Below are positions 23,298 through 36,430 of a stretch of DNA of 64,000 nt, in pieces. A model generated the notes under the pieces. It made no database searches, was not told where the DNA came from, and saw nothing but the letters and a program-made list of their open reading frames with translations. Every line of letters begins with the position of its first letter. The first letter of the stretch is position 1. This DNA comes from Asterionella formosa (taxonomy: Eukaryota): the NCBI GenBank assembly GCA_002256025.1, contig NKIB01012814.1, positions 1 through 64,000 of the forward strand, in the 5' to 3' direction. The translations under genes and the position numbers were made by a program.

Positions 23298-25372
23298 GGT
23301 CAGTGGTTTACAAGAAAGGGTGGATGTTGCCTGTGCTGTGGGACAAACCATCTTGTACTGCAAGCCACTACCAGGTCCAGTGTGAGCGATCCCACGCAAC
23401 TACAGGTACACATATACCTATAGGGTTAGGGTTACCTAAAATATATCAGAATTCTATTTGATCAGGAGAGAACTTGACTGACTACCCGGTACCACCTAAA
23501 AACTGAGAGTCAACGTTTCAATACTCCTTCTTTCGACTAAAATTATCGAAGTTTCTTAAATGATAAAATTCGAACCAAGTACGAACTTCATTGTAGTCGA
23601 TAGAACAGGGAGAGCTATCATTTAATCAGTTCTAAAGGAGAACACACAGTTATGAAGATCTAAGCAATTTAGTCTTACCCATTTTGACTCGTAACGTTGT
23701 CTCTCTCAATACATATTTTTTAATACGTACATAAAGATTTTTTACCCCCAAACCGTGTTTTCTAAACTCGATTGTTACCACAAAAATTATTTTCTATTGC
23801 TTTTGTTGATCCTATAATTAGCGGTACCTGCTCCGGTACCAGGTACCAGGGTTTTAAGTGCCGATCATAACAGCACTGGTAGCATATTTGTCCAGTATTC
23901 GTTCAGACCTCGCATATCAATCACTTCATGTTCTCATCTGTCCGGTGGTCCTCCTCTTGTTTCAATTCATTTCAGGGGTGATTTTTGGATTTCATGACAA
24001 ATCCTCATATGTAGTGTTTCAGGTAGTCATGCCAAGAGGTCGCAGCTGATGTTCTCCATTTAGGTAGAGGAGAATACAAAATGACGTCATTTTATATTTT
24101 ACTGTAACAAAAAAATCTATTCGGACACTAAATGAATCTACTGACAGAAATACTTTCTAATACCTGTATACATATATAAGAGGCGATGACAGCTGAATGG
24201 AGTAAAAATTAATTTAGCTTTTTATTTCATTTCTCGTCGACAGCAACCTTTGGGACCAAATACGGAAGTAACGCTAGCTAATTGACGAGTTCAAAGCACG
24301 ATCATTATTGGTTAGTACATAAATCGCTACAACATTGCTTGAATAATTGTGTTCGTATTTAGCATATTTAGCCCAGAACGTGAATTTACTCGATTTAACG
24401 TTGACTCCCAGTTCAAAATCTTTCAAACGTTGACTCTCAGAAGTTTTTTGGTGGTACCATACTGGTAACACTTATTGAATACTTCGATGTCAACCTAGGA
24501 GAATGAGTTGCACACCAGTACAAGCATTAACTAATAGGCTCATATATCCAACAAATACTACTACTTCTACTTCACTTTGAATTTAAAAAAACCAATTATA
24601 ATGAACATGGCAATGTATTCAAGGGTTCCTGTCATTCCCTTGATTAAGGCTTACAATGGATTGCCCATTACAACTAAGACGTTTTTAGTTGATTTGACTG
24701 GTTATCATTTGACCAAGATGTCATTGATGGAAGCTCTGTGGAGGCATTGTTGATTGGAGTGAGTCAATTTCATGACATGGCTAACACATGCGCTTTTAGC
24801 CCTGCAGATACCTTTTCATACTTTAAAAGGTGGCCAATATTGCCTCATCAGATTGTTAAATGCGGAAGTGCATCCATATGATCAATCTTATGACAGTTTC
24901 CATGAAGCAATTGTTTTGTGCTTGATGATCATCTTCCAAATGATAGCTTTCAACATCAACATCAGTGGACGCTTCACTATCTATCTAAACCATTTCAGAT
25001 GTTGGTAATGGACTTCAGAGCCCATATTAAAACTTTAACCCAGAAGATCAGACAGGATTGCAAAAAGAAGATATGCGTATAATCATTAACCAGTCTATGC
25101 CAAATGAGTGGTAACAAGAGTTTGAATTGAATCATGCCAAGACTTTGGACCTATAGATTCACTCAGTTCTTGCTTACTTCGAGAGTCAACATTCTCTTAA
25201 AGACAGAAACAAGCACCTTCCCAAGAGAGCTTTTCAGAATGTTGATCAAACCGTCTTCGCATCGCTGAAGGCAATTATGTGATGCATGAAGAAAACGAGC
25301 GTGTCAGTTGTAAGTTTTTTTAAGACAATGTTTCTCCAAAATGGTCGTGAAAGAGTGCATATTATTGAGAAT

Positions 25373-26853
25373 GTGTCTGCAAATAAAAACCATCATATTC
25401 TTATGATGCATCCATCATAGGATTATGATCATCTGATCATAATTTTTCGTTATATCATCTAATAATTTTGATAAATGCCCTCATAATTTAAAAAGTAACC
25501 CTTTTGACTATGCATGCTATTTAATTATTTTATTTATTGTTTCTAATAGTTTCCTTTATTTAAATTTCTTGGTAAGATAATGTACCAGCTAAATTAAGGT
25601 GGTTTGGTTCATCATCCTCTCCAATCCTCACTCCGATTCTTGCAACAACGACAAAACAGCCTTGTCAAAAAGAACGAGTGTTTGTGATAAAATCTTCATT
25701 TGTCGTTCAAGTCATCATATGTCTTCGATAAATCATCATCTACAGTGCATGGTATGTTCGTATGCAATCCGTTAAGAGCTTGAAAAGAAATCCAATGAAA
25801 AGGAAACGGCTCATCACACAAGACAAATATTTCCGGTCTGTCACTGGAGCATCGATCAGTGTTACAACCTCAATCATAGTAAACAGCATCCATGATCAAT
25901 TGTTGGGATTACAAATACGGAATGACTCGTCCCCTTTCAGTGATTCAATAGCTCCTTTTGGATTTGGTGGCCAACCATCAATGTGGACAAAAGAAATCGC
26001 TAAGTGCTATCATCTTTGGATCAATCCACAGCTGTTAGAAAACCTGACACATGTGTGTTGCTTCTTTCAGGATAATGGTAAACAAACAGTATTTGTAAGT
26101 TACAAACGGCAGGGTTGGAGCGTTTTAATTTATCGATAATTGCTTATTCAATGTTCAACTGACACGCACATTATTTTAAAGAAATAGTATGCATCAGTTA
26201 CTTCCTCAATTTGTGGTAAGTGAAGATAGAAGCGAAATGCATGTTGTTGTGTAAGCAAAACATGAACAGCTAACAATGAATTGCTTCTATTTGTTAATAT
26301 GATTGGGACAACGAAATGGATTTAATATTAATGGGAAAATGCATGAATGCAAACTAATTTCCGTCAGGAGTAAAAGGAAAGCAGGGGAACAAGGGCAAGG
26401 CAACCAGTACAACAACATTCAGAATTGGATTGGGGGGAAGGTGGAAGTGAAAGCACCATTGATTGCAATGAGAGAATTGTAGAACATTCTTTAGCCACTC
26501 AAGATATAGAAACATAGAACCATTCTTAAATATAGTTTTAAATTTCGATCCATTTCATACTATTTTAGACAGTGATATTGATGAGAATTACGATTATGTT
26601 TAGAAAGATGTGTGACAAAAGCATACACATCATAAGACCATGTTTAAGTAATTATATGATGCAATTATATTATAGCTATGATAATATCATCATACTTCAA
26701 GCTTGGTAAAATTTCACTGCATGATCATAATTATATGATACATTGATCATATTTTTGATCCAAAAAGTATCATGTAGCTATGTAAAAATCCTAGGCCACT
26801 TAGCTTACGATACCCTTGATCCTATATGCTTGATAATTTTTATTTGCAGACGT
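25373..26853. mobile_element. Short (~1.5 kb) non-autonomous copy of the Harbinger-like family, opposite orientation to 5438-9538
   Basis: Starts GTGTCTGCAAATAAAAA and ends TTTTTATTTGCAGACGT. 25895-26853 matches 57360-58335 inverted. Confidence 0.75.
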
Positions 26854-27498
26854 GCGGTCGGTCGCGCATGAGATTGACAAATGACACTTCATCATCAAGC
26901 TCTAGAAGCCAGTCGTGGTACTCAGACAGATTATCGTGGACCTTGCCCGGTACAAACTGAAGGTACACATAGCTACTTGGGGTGCCTGGGGCATTTGTTT
27001 TCAGAACCGCCATACACAATGCGGTCGAGCTGGTTGTATTGCTGGTCGTTTTAATGGCTGTGGACGTTCCGGTTTCGGTGGCCATAGAAATTTTGGTGAT
27101 CTTGGGGGCGGTTGGAGCGCAAGGGAGTCCTAGCTACAGAAAGCTACTGACATTTCTAACCCTGTTCCTGTTCCACTTGCTCGTATGTTGAACACGTGGG
27201 GTCATAACAATGAGGTACTGTGCCACGTGCCATCCCTACAGAGAATACATCAACCCAGGAAATTTCAGTGGTCACAAACCCAACTGCAGGTCAGTTAGTG
27301 GCGTTTGTCCCTACCACGCAACAGCGGAATGCTGATTGCCATCACAGAGCGAGGTATGAGCAAAACTAGGGATGCTATTCATGATGATCAATAGAGCGTG
27401 TCTCGCATCAGTCATCACCTGTATAATATTGTTTATTTACAGGGTAATTAAATTGTTGACACCGCCGTTGCCGTAACACGAAAAATGCATAAATGTAT

Positions 27499-28145
27499 GA
27501 AAGAAAACAATTTTGCATAAAAGTGTCTCAAAATGCATAAACTGTCAGTCAGAGGAGATCGTGATTATTTGTTCAATGCGAATTTTCTATTCGCGTTAAG
27601 AACAAGCAGTGTATTGTTGAATGTCTGTATGTATGTCTATATTAAAGTGCGAAATGACCTAATCAAGATTCCATGGATATATGAACCATGACAACTAGTG
27701 CGTACATGAAATTTACTACAAAATCGATGTCGAGGGATTTTCTTGTATTTTGAGATGTTGTGCTCTCTCCGAGATTTCTATTGCTCCAAGTTTTCTCATC
27801 CATTTCTACAGAAGATAGCTAGAAATAATGATCTAACAGAGGTTATCAAGCTAGTCACCTCGGACTCAACGATGTCTCTACTTTGTTCGCATCCTCAAAA
27901 CTGAGCAAACGACGACCAAAAACAACTTCCAGGAGCAGCGATTTCAACTTTTTGCTGTCAATATTGCAGCAAAAAAATTATTATTGAAAGATTATCTCGT
28001 CAATGTTAGTCTACCTATACATGCGAAATAGGAATTGTTCGTTGTCAATATTAATGCAGCTATTCAGTCCAATAATTGCGTCATGGTCGAGATGGATTTG
28101 CTGTCTCATCGTTCCCCTACTTCTGCAGTACAAGCACACATGTAG
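27499..28145 (+). mobile_element. MULE left arm (TIR plus subterminal region)
   Basis: GAAAGAAAACAATTTTGCATAAAAGTGTC.. is colinear with 12148-12720 and 59957-60600. Confidence 0.8.
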
Positions 28146-28299
28146 TACCCCCGGTGTGGAATGTATGCCAAGCATGTATAATAAACACTGCTATATATAC
28201 GGAAAGTATTAAGTATATCTGTTTCTACCGGTAGGACTAAACGTACCTAGTAGCATGTAGTACATGGCTGACACAGCACGTAATTTAACCCTGTAGGTA

Positions 28300-28720
28300 G
28301 CTATGTCATATTTCAAGGCGTTTTTTGCCACCTCTAAAAGTGCATTCTCTACCAAATCCATGCCTTCCACCTCACATTCCAAATTGGGTGGAACAGTTAG
28401 TACTACTCTAGTGGACAAATGGTGGGAACAGGCCTCAACAGACTGCAGTATGGACCGTGGGAATGGGCAGATGGAATTATTTGACTGCAAAAGGAAAAAA
28501 CATCGTTATGACTATATGGCAGCCAAAGACTTCGATGCCAAGCAACACATGGCAATATCACAGTATATCACCAGAAACACATGGTCATGTCGAAACAGGG
28601 AAATCCTTCCCCAAATCGAGGGAAACAATTTATTCAGGATAAGAAGTCTTTCATTCTGGACCAACAAACACATGCCGTAGGGAGCCAGTCAGGATCTAGA
28701 TTACTCTAGGCCTCTTCCAT
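28300..28720 (+). pseudogene. Fragment resembling a non-LTR retrotransposon (LINE) endonuclease
   Basis: SKLGGTVSTTLVDKW followed in another frame by GMGRWNYLTAKGKNIVMTI, similar to the PGGT..W..GLGRW..L.GK signature of diatom LINE endonucleases. Confidence 0.5.
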
Positions 28721-29139
28721 AAGGTTCAGGTGGTCCATTTCTGCTGGAAAATAGCTTTCCGTACCCTCCGGCTGCGGTGCATGGATCCGTGCAGGTTTAT
28801 CATGCTCCTGCAGCATCACATTCGCCGTACGACTCCTGTTACCCACATCTCACAACATAAGTATAGATACAGCAGTCCCTCCATAATGGCAAAGTAACCA
28901 ATAGACTTAGACCTGGAGGTAGTCATGGCCCATCAAACAAAGGGGGATTACTCCCCACGAGGTTTTGTGTGACCCCGTCCCTGATCAGGCAGCGAGTTTA
29001 TTACAGTAGATGGGATCACTAATTCCATTTGATTGCCCATGGGAGCTACATGCCAATGTACTATGTGTACCTGACAGGGATATTCTGGTAATGCTCAATG
29101 CAAACTAGAGACTGGTGGGAGATTCCTTTCAGAGGAGTT

Positions 29140-29800
29140 AATTGCCTATTTGCACAAAAGTGTTGTAATATGCACACTACTACGTTACTCAAAGGAATTC
29201 GTGATTATTTCTGCAATACCAAGTTTCTAGTCGTGTATACAAATGTCTAGTGTATTGTTAGATGTCTGCATATATGTCTAGTACATTCAACTCTAAAATG
29301 ACCTACTCCATAATTCCATAGAAATACAAGCCACGACAATTAGTACGTACATGAAACTCGGTACAAAATTATACCTTGAGGTATTTTCTTGCATTTTGAG
29401 ATGTTGTGCTCTCTCCGAAATTACTGTCGCTCAATTTTTCTCGTTAATTTGTACATTAGATAGAAAAAATCATTTTCTAAAAGTTATTAAGCTAGTCATC
29501 ACGGACTCAACGATGTCTCGTTTTTGTTCATATCTTGAAAACTGAGCAAACGACGATGAAAACAAATCCTAGCGGCAATTTCTAATTTCTGTTGTCAATT
29601 TTAGTGCAAAATTTTTTATCATTGAACGATTATCTCATCTATGTTAAGCTAGTTATACCTCCGAAATAGCAAAACTTCAATGTCAATTTTCAATGAGAAA
29701 TTCAGTCCAATATTTTCGTCATGGTCAATGCGGAGTTGCTGTCTCATCATTCCCATGCCACAGGAGTACAAAATCAAGTTCACTTATGTATTTCACGCAT
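29140..29800 (+). mobile_element. Diverged MULE left arm
   Basis: Shares TTCCATAGAAATA, CCACGACAATTAGT, AAGCTAGTCATCACGGACTCAACGATGTCTC and AAAACTGAGCAAACGACG with the other arms. Confidence 0.7.
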
Positions 29801-32649
29801 ATCGTCTATGCATTAGTACATGAATATCGGAATATATATCGTAATAAATTACTAGTATATTACTATGACATATGGAAATGTAAGCGTTGAGACAAACTAT
29901 CATAGATTGCCCAACCCCCCCATGTATTGAGGAATTTTTCGACGTTTTCCACGACTAAAAAAGTCAACAGCGAAAATCGCTTGTTGTTAAAAAGCCAAAT
30001 GTTAATTTCATTGTTGGTCGTCCGACCAGCTCTCACCATCGATAGCAGGGCTCATTTTGGAGTACTTCCGATGGAGAGATTGCAAAATCAGGACTCATGG
30101 GTTGAGGAATCTGCCATTTCCATAACATCGGAAATATAATTGAGTCATTTGAGTCAAAGCACGCGGAACAACAAGAGTGAGTATGCTTTGCTATGGTGAA
30201 TATGATAACGTGATTATTAACTATGTATGCTCTCCTGTTTTCAGTCATCGGTTGTGCTTCCATCACACAAGAGATTTTCAATACAAGAAGGCAGCCCCAT
30301 TCAGCTGATCACGCATCAATCAACAGTGCACAGGAACGTTTATGTTTGTTGCTGTGGGAGGATGCATTGTCTGGCTGTAAGACCAATCAAACCAGTTCCG
30401 CTTGCTTATTGCCATGAGCACATGTGATGTTGATCAGGCCGCATTGGCGAATTCAGCAGCTGAATGTGTTAGAATTTTTTGCATCATGGAGTCCGTTTGC
30501 TTGCCCCTTTGCATCTTTGCTCTCCATTAGGGGTGAGTTTCCCACCGTTGCTTGCAATTTTCTCTTGTGGCTACCACTGGTTCACCATGTCTGATGATTC
30601 AACAACCGGAAATTTCATGCTATTTCAAGTGCATTGACCTCCCTACAATGTTTCCATTTCTTATGGAACATTCGCATTTAAATTAGGACTGCTTAGATAC
30701 AGTCGTCTTTCCACAGTGTTCTGAAACAAGAACAAGGGAAATAGCAAAACTTCAATGATGCTACAAATGGATGAAAAAGTTGCTCCCTTCAGATGGTATA
30801 ATTGCGCGCCTCTTGGCCACATTTCTGGATGCATAAAAATGAAAAAAAATTTGAACAAATATTTTGTAACTGATGATAGCCCTTCTGGAATCAAATTGAA
30901 AAAGTGTACAGACTCATATCGAACTGCAGTTGAAAAGTGGAGAAGCAAAATTCTGGACAAAACGAGAAGGACCATCTTAGGTTCTTTGGGAGTGAAAAAG
31001 AACAAATAATAGACCATTGGGATCATCCAATTTCATCAATTGTTAGGACATTTTACTTTGTGAAAACCTCCTAATAACTTAACTAGTATGTGAAACTATA
31101 TTATCATTATCATTTATATTATTCTTGTATCTTTATCAACGTTTTTATTCGATGCACTACCGCAATACATAGTTTCATTACTTATTCCAGGAGCTCGATG
31201 TTCTTGCATGCAATGTCGACAGTGACCATGTGCATAAAAAACAAGGATACTACAATTTCGATTGTGAGACTCAGATGGGGATTTGTTCTTCCGAAATTTG
31301 TAGTTACACAGGTAATACCATTGCAATGTCCGCAAAGACACTGCAAATTTCAAATGATGACCAAGTCAGGATATGAACAGGATAGAACGAAAATGAATTA
31401 TTAATAATAAATTTGGCATCACTCCGAACATACTGCTGGCTGTGCTGGACAATACAGAGTCGTGAAATTATCACTCCACCATAGTAGTAAAAATGGAGGT
31501 ATACCGCTACATATTGTACAGGCGGCACTAATAGTAGTATAAAGCAGCGTCAATGTGTTCCTGACATATATGATATGGTTTGCATTGTAGAAGTCTCACT
31601 AACTATTTATTTATGATGTAACTACTAAGCATGCATTGGATTCTATTAGATCCATTCAAAATCAACATCGTCATCAATGTCCTGTTGATTAATGCGGTCA
31701 TTGTAATCAATATTCTTCTCAGGAACATTTGGTTGAAGTGGTTCAACATGTTGATGCATATCCTCTTCACTTAGTATGCTGGAAAATGAGAAGGATGAGT
31801 GTGGGTAGATGATATTTGTAGTGGAAGTAGCATTTCTACCAGAAGCTTTGTAATATCGATCCCGCTTGGTTGGATTGATAAAATTGGAAGTTCGTGGATT
31901 CTCCGATCACAAAATATATTTTTATCCATCCAATCACTTTCTTGCACCCCTTCCTCGTTGTCCACAGAAAACAAGTTTCGACATTTCAAACCACGCATTT
32001 GTTGAAGATAAATCCCAGCAGCAGCTAACATGTTCACAAATGGTCTCATATTCTTGACGTCCTGCCTCAGTCTCAGTATTATTGCCTCCACATACCTCCT
32101 CCAATTCATTTGGTGCAGTTTCAATTTCGACATCACTTGCTAACAATAATCTAAAAGCAAGGTGCATATCCAATGCAAACAAGGTCATTGCCATTGGTCA
32201 AACATTTTTCTGTAATGTTGAGAGAAACACAACACAAAGCAGGTGTACACGATTTGATGCAGCCTTCTTGAAACCCAGCTGTCAAATTTTCCCAGGAGCA
32301 TGTTGCTTCGAGATCGACAAGTGACCTGGGAAAATCTCCTCCTGTAAATGTCAACAAGCCACATTGTGTGAATCCTAAACATCCCAGGGGATCATCCAAA
32401 AAGCATTTACCGCCGTAATTATATTTCGTGAATCAGTTACTGCTTTTCACTCCTCTTCATAGCCTTTGACGCTGTTCCCATTCATCAAATCTTTTGCATT
32501 ACACGTGATATTCAAGTCATGGAGGGGTCTGAGTAAAACATTGGTTTCTGGAAACGTTATTTGATCACATGGGAGCATACTCAATGCAAGTAAAAAATCC
32601 GACGCAATTGTTGATTCTCGTCCGGAGCCATTGTCGGAACAGCATTGAC

Positions 32650-33125
32650 AATGACCATTTCTATAAGGCGATTGACAATATACATGGTTGCGTTGTGTAT
32701 TCCAGTGCATCATGATGATGAAATCTTTTATCTTCGTCACTTCCTGGGCAATTCATAGTACATTTCTTGTCATATGCTGTAGATAAAAACTAAGAGAGAT
32801 TTGTAACATGTTGGGTTATTGGTGAGGGATGAAAAACGAATTAGTAGATACAAGCATAAAGTTTTGGTATTTAAGATTGACATTGAACATTTCTAAAAGC
32901 CGATTGACGATGTACATGCTTGCGTTCTTCAATCTGGTTCATCATCATGTTGAAATCTTACATCTATGTATCTTTGCCATTTCCTGGGCAAATTTTTCTT
33001 TTCATATGTTGTAGACGACACCTAAGAGACATTTGTAACATATTGGGTTACTGGTGAGGGATGATAAATGAATGGTTGATGCAAAAAAAGTTTTAGTATG
33101 TCAGATGGACATTGACTATTTCTAT
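32650..33125. repeat. Imperfect ~235-bp tandem duplication
   Basis: TTCCTGGGCAA..CATATG(C/T)TGTAGA..ATTTGTAACAT(G/A)TTGGGTTA(T/C)TGGTGAGGGATGA occurs twice. Confidence 0.75.
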
Positions 33126-33850
33126 TGTCACAACCGAAATGCACATTTGAAACAGATACCTATAACTTTCTTTGTATGTAAAACAATGACTTCAAAGGCA
33201 AGAGTTGGTGCCTTCTCCTTTCCCTTGCATTGAGTGAGTTGTCCAGCAGGACAGCAATTCCAAAAGAAATGAACACAATCAATAGATCCAATTCAACCAG
33301 GAAATCCAACTGTGCAATAGTGGTTGTGAATATGCTTAAATGGAGTCAACTGATTCAGAAAGTACTATCCATTTGTTCAAATTTCAAGGTCATCCACTCA
33401 ACAAATCCATGAAAGAAAATCCGGCTTTCTCTGCTGATGTCAGTGAGTTCCTCAAGTGAATTGAAAGGCACATCCCTTGCCAGAACTCACATTGTTGTTG
33501 CTAAGACAAGGATGTGAGAATCATATGACTTTTGTCCCTAATTGTTGCTCTTAAGCCTGGCATCAGCTTAACTTGAATATTCCCTGCAGATGCAATCGAA
33601 GACTTCACAGGGGATTCGAAATCTGTTCTTGAAAACTGCACCAAGCCTTGAAAGTGGGTTCCATATGCTAACAGTAGATGTCCTGTTGATGCATTTGTTG
33701 GCTTTGACAATGTATTGACTGTAGAAGTATGACCTTTTTGATGATTCAGGACCAAATTGACATCTTGCCCTCTTATTTGGAACATCATTTAGCACTGATG
33801 TTGTTTCTTCATTTTCTGAGTTATCCTCAGAAAATCAAGTCCAACATGTC
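33125..33850 (-). pseudogene. PIF/Harbinger-type (Plant_tran-like) transposase, N-terminal part, disrupted
   Basis: Across frameshifts and stops: VFKNRFRIPCEVF, VLARDVPFNSLEELTDISRESRIFFHGFVEW, GFPG*IGSIDCVHFFWNCCPAGQLTQCKGKEKAPTLAFEVIV. Confidence 0.85.
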
Positions 33851-34333
33851 ATTGACTACCACATTGTAGACAATATCTTGCCAATGATCATCAGTACAAT
33901 CCCTCTGGGAGGACAGCAAGGAGGACAAGGAGGCCATGGCAGATGAGTGAGTGATTGTTGATTGCAATCATTGGGATGTATGTATCTTCATCCCTCTGTA
34001 TGATAATAACAGATTTTGATGTATAGATGAAAGAGTTGATGTAGTCAAATTTTGTAATTAATATTATTCTATCTAGTGCTTTGGGTGTGAAATCAACTTC
34101 CCAAATGTCATTGAAGTTCCTGAAGAAAATCTTCTGCATTCTCTCAAAGTTAAGCTGACAAAAATGAACCGGTAAGTTTTATTTGACAACATTGGATACC
34201 CGAAACTTACTCATTCAAGAATTTACTGACAATTTACTATTACAGACTTATGCATCAGTTGCATTTATTTGTGGTAAGTGAAGCAAGAGGATACGATGGA
34301 ATTGCGTGTTCTTGTGTCAATGTAACATGACTA

Positions 34334-34980
34334 CCGTATACTTCATTGTCCTGGACCCCCCTATGGTTGCTGGACCCCCCTGTACATTTTTCTCGAGGTG
34401 GAACCAAACACCCAATAATTTTCTTGTCATAGACAAAGTAACGTGCCATAATTCTTTTTGTCCTCGTAGGCACTAGTATGTAATAATTTAGCTACCATTT
34501 TGCGATTCTTTTGTACATACAAAACACAAGAGACGACAGGTAGTGGCTGTGAGCAGCTGGAGAATCCTTCATGATGTTGTCGCAACCTTGACCATGACGA
34601 AAATACGAATTATCTCCACGAAAATAGAGAACGACGCTTTGCTACTTGCTACCTGTATTAAGAACGACATGGAAAATACAATCGTAAAAGAAGTAAAGTA
34701 ATAACACTAATAATGACAACGAAAATTGAGATCGCCGATAACAACATGAAGTCGCGTTTTTCTTGCGAGGTGAAGAACTCTCTCATTTTTCACAAGACGG
34801 AAATAATTGTCATATTAATACATCTTAGAAAAATGTGCGCTATCCTCTAGAACTAAAGAAATTTACTTAGGTCCATTATAAGGGAAATCTCTTCATTGTC
34901 CTGGGCCCCCCTTAAGTAAAATCAGTCAAATTCAGTCACGGCAGTGTACATTGGGGGGTCCAGGACAATGAAGTATACGG
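34334..34980. mobile_element. Tc1/mariner-type MITE, 647 bp, perfect 28-bp TIR, TA TSD
   Basis: CCGTATACTTCATTGTCCTGGACCCCCC and its exact reverse complement. TA at 34332-33 and 34981-82. Empty site present in the paralogous arm at about 6115-6130. Confidence 0.95.
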
Positions 34981-35659
34981 TAGCTAACAAATCATTCCTT
35001 CTCATTGTTACTGTAACTGCATGCATAGGAAAATAAAAACAATCAAACAACGGAATAGTCGGCAAGTTCAGAATGACACTTACAGCAGGGAAAGAGACGC
35101 AGCATCAGTAAGGCACTGCCTTGCACACAATTCAGAAAAGAGGAAGAAATTGGCGAGACAGGAACAATATACATTGAGCCGAGTAGAGAGAGAAACGTTG
35201 GGTTGCTGGCATGTAGATTAATAGATAGCATTGCTTAATTTGATAGTTAAATTACAATCCATTTCAATCTATTTTGAACAACGCTTGTGATTAGAATTAT
35301 GATCATGTTTATGATAGATTTACAATGAAACAATTCACATGATAGCATAGAGTTTAGCTGGTTTTAGGATATGTTGTAGTTATAATTTACATTGGGTGAT
35401 CACGAGAAGTGAAAATAATATGAGAAGGTTTATGATATTGATGGGAAATGTTGTTGATCAGTTTATATACATTGTGTGATGATAATGTTCTTATTATCAA
35501 TATACTTCAAGGTCGGTAAAATATTAATAAATCATCATAGTTACAAGATACCTTGATCTTATTTTTGATCCAAAAATTATCATATATACAAAAATCCTGT
35601 GCCACTTAGCATATGATACCCTTGATCCTATATGCATGATACTTTTTATTTGCAGATGC

Positions 35660-36430
35660 CATTCATATCCTCAGGTAGTTCTTCCAACATTTCCTTTATG
35701 TAATCCACCATGGTGAATTTGACCTTTCCTATCTCACTTCCTCGTGTCTTGGTTGATGGTGCCTCTTTACCAAATACACCTTCAAGCTTCTGTATGATGT
35801 CATTTACCACCTCTGGGCTGACATGGGATATCTTCAAATCATTCACATGCCATAGTATTGTGCATTGTTTTCCATCCACCATTTTGTTCATTACACACCT
35901 GTCATATGGATTTGTGTTGAAACCCAATTGAAGAAGTTGTGAACTGAGCATCTTCCAGAACATTAGGGCGGCCTTCAATGTGCCATACAGTGAATTTTTA
36001 CGCTCCACACATGTAGGACTGTTCTCCCTTTCTCAATCTGGATGTGCTGTCTGTACATTTTTGGGTCCATTTGGAACAACAACTCTGCCATTTTCCCTTC
36101 TTACTTCATATGTACTCTATCCTCCATGTCAGCCTGCATAAATGCCCCAGGAATGTCGACTGTTGCCATGTCACTTCCTTCTTTTGCATCTATGACACAG
36201 GATAACATTGCTGATTCAATGGCCACTGTTGGTTAACTAGCCTCCTATTTTGTAGCAATAACTCGTTGTTTGCGCCCATTGGCGCACCCTCTTCCCTTAA
36301 TTGTTCCGTTTCTTTTCTGTTTAAGAAACATGAGATACTGTAATGCGTCCTTGCGCTGTTCTGGGGATAATTGGGCAGCAGTTTTGGGTTTGAGCACTCC
36401 ACAATCATGAAGTTGATGTGATTCTTTCAT
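35660..36430 (-). mobile_element. Decayed Copia reverse transcriptase fragment (a second lineage)
   Basis: YLMFLKQKRNGTIKGRGCANGRKQR, VDIPGAFMQAD, LYGTLKAALMFW, NPYDRCVMNK, TILWHVNDLKISH (degenerate YVDD). Confidence 0.9.

Larger units (their letters stand above)
33125..35659 (-). mobile_element. Harbinger-like element 5' end plus transposase, abutting and truncating a Copia RT
   Basis: TIR TTTTTATTTGCAGATGC ends at 35659, right at Copia LPEDMNG. The arm is homologous to 5438-6320. Confidence 0.75.

Noticed and set aside
24470..25370. Possible decayed gene or transposase
   Set aside because: Only short ORFs and no diagnostic motif.
29900..31550. Possible second gene of the Harbinger-like element
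   Set aside because: Fragmentary ORFs, no recognisable domain, and no matching right TIR nearby.
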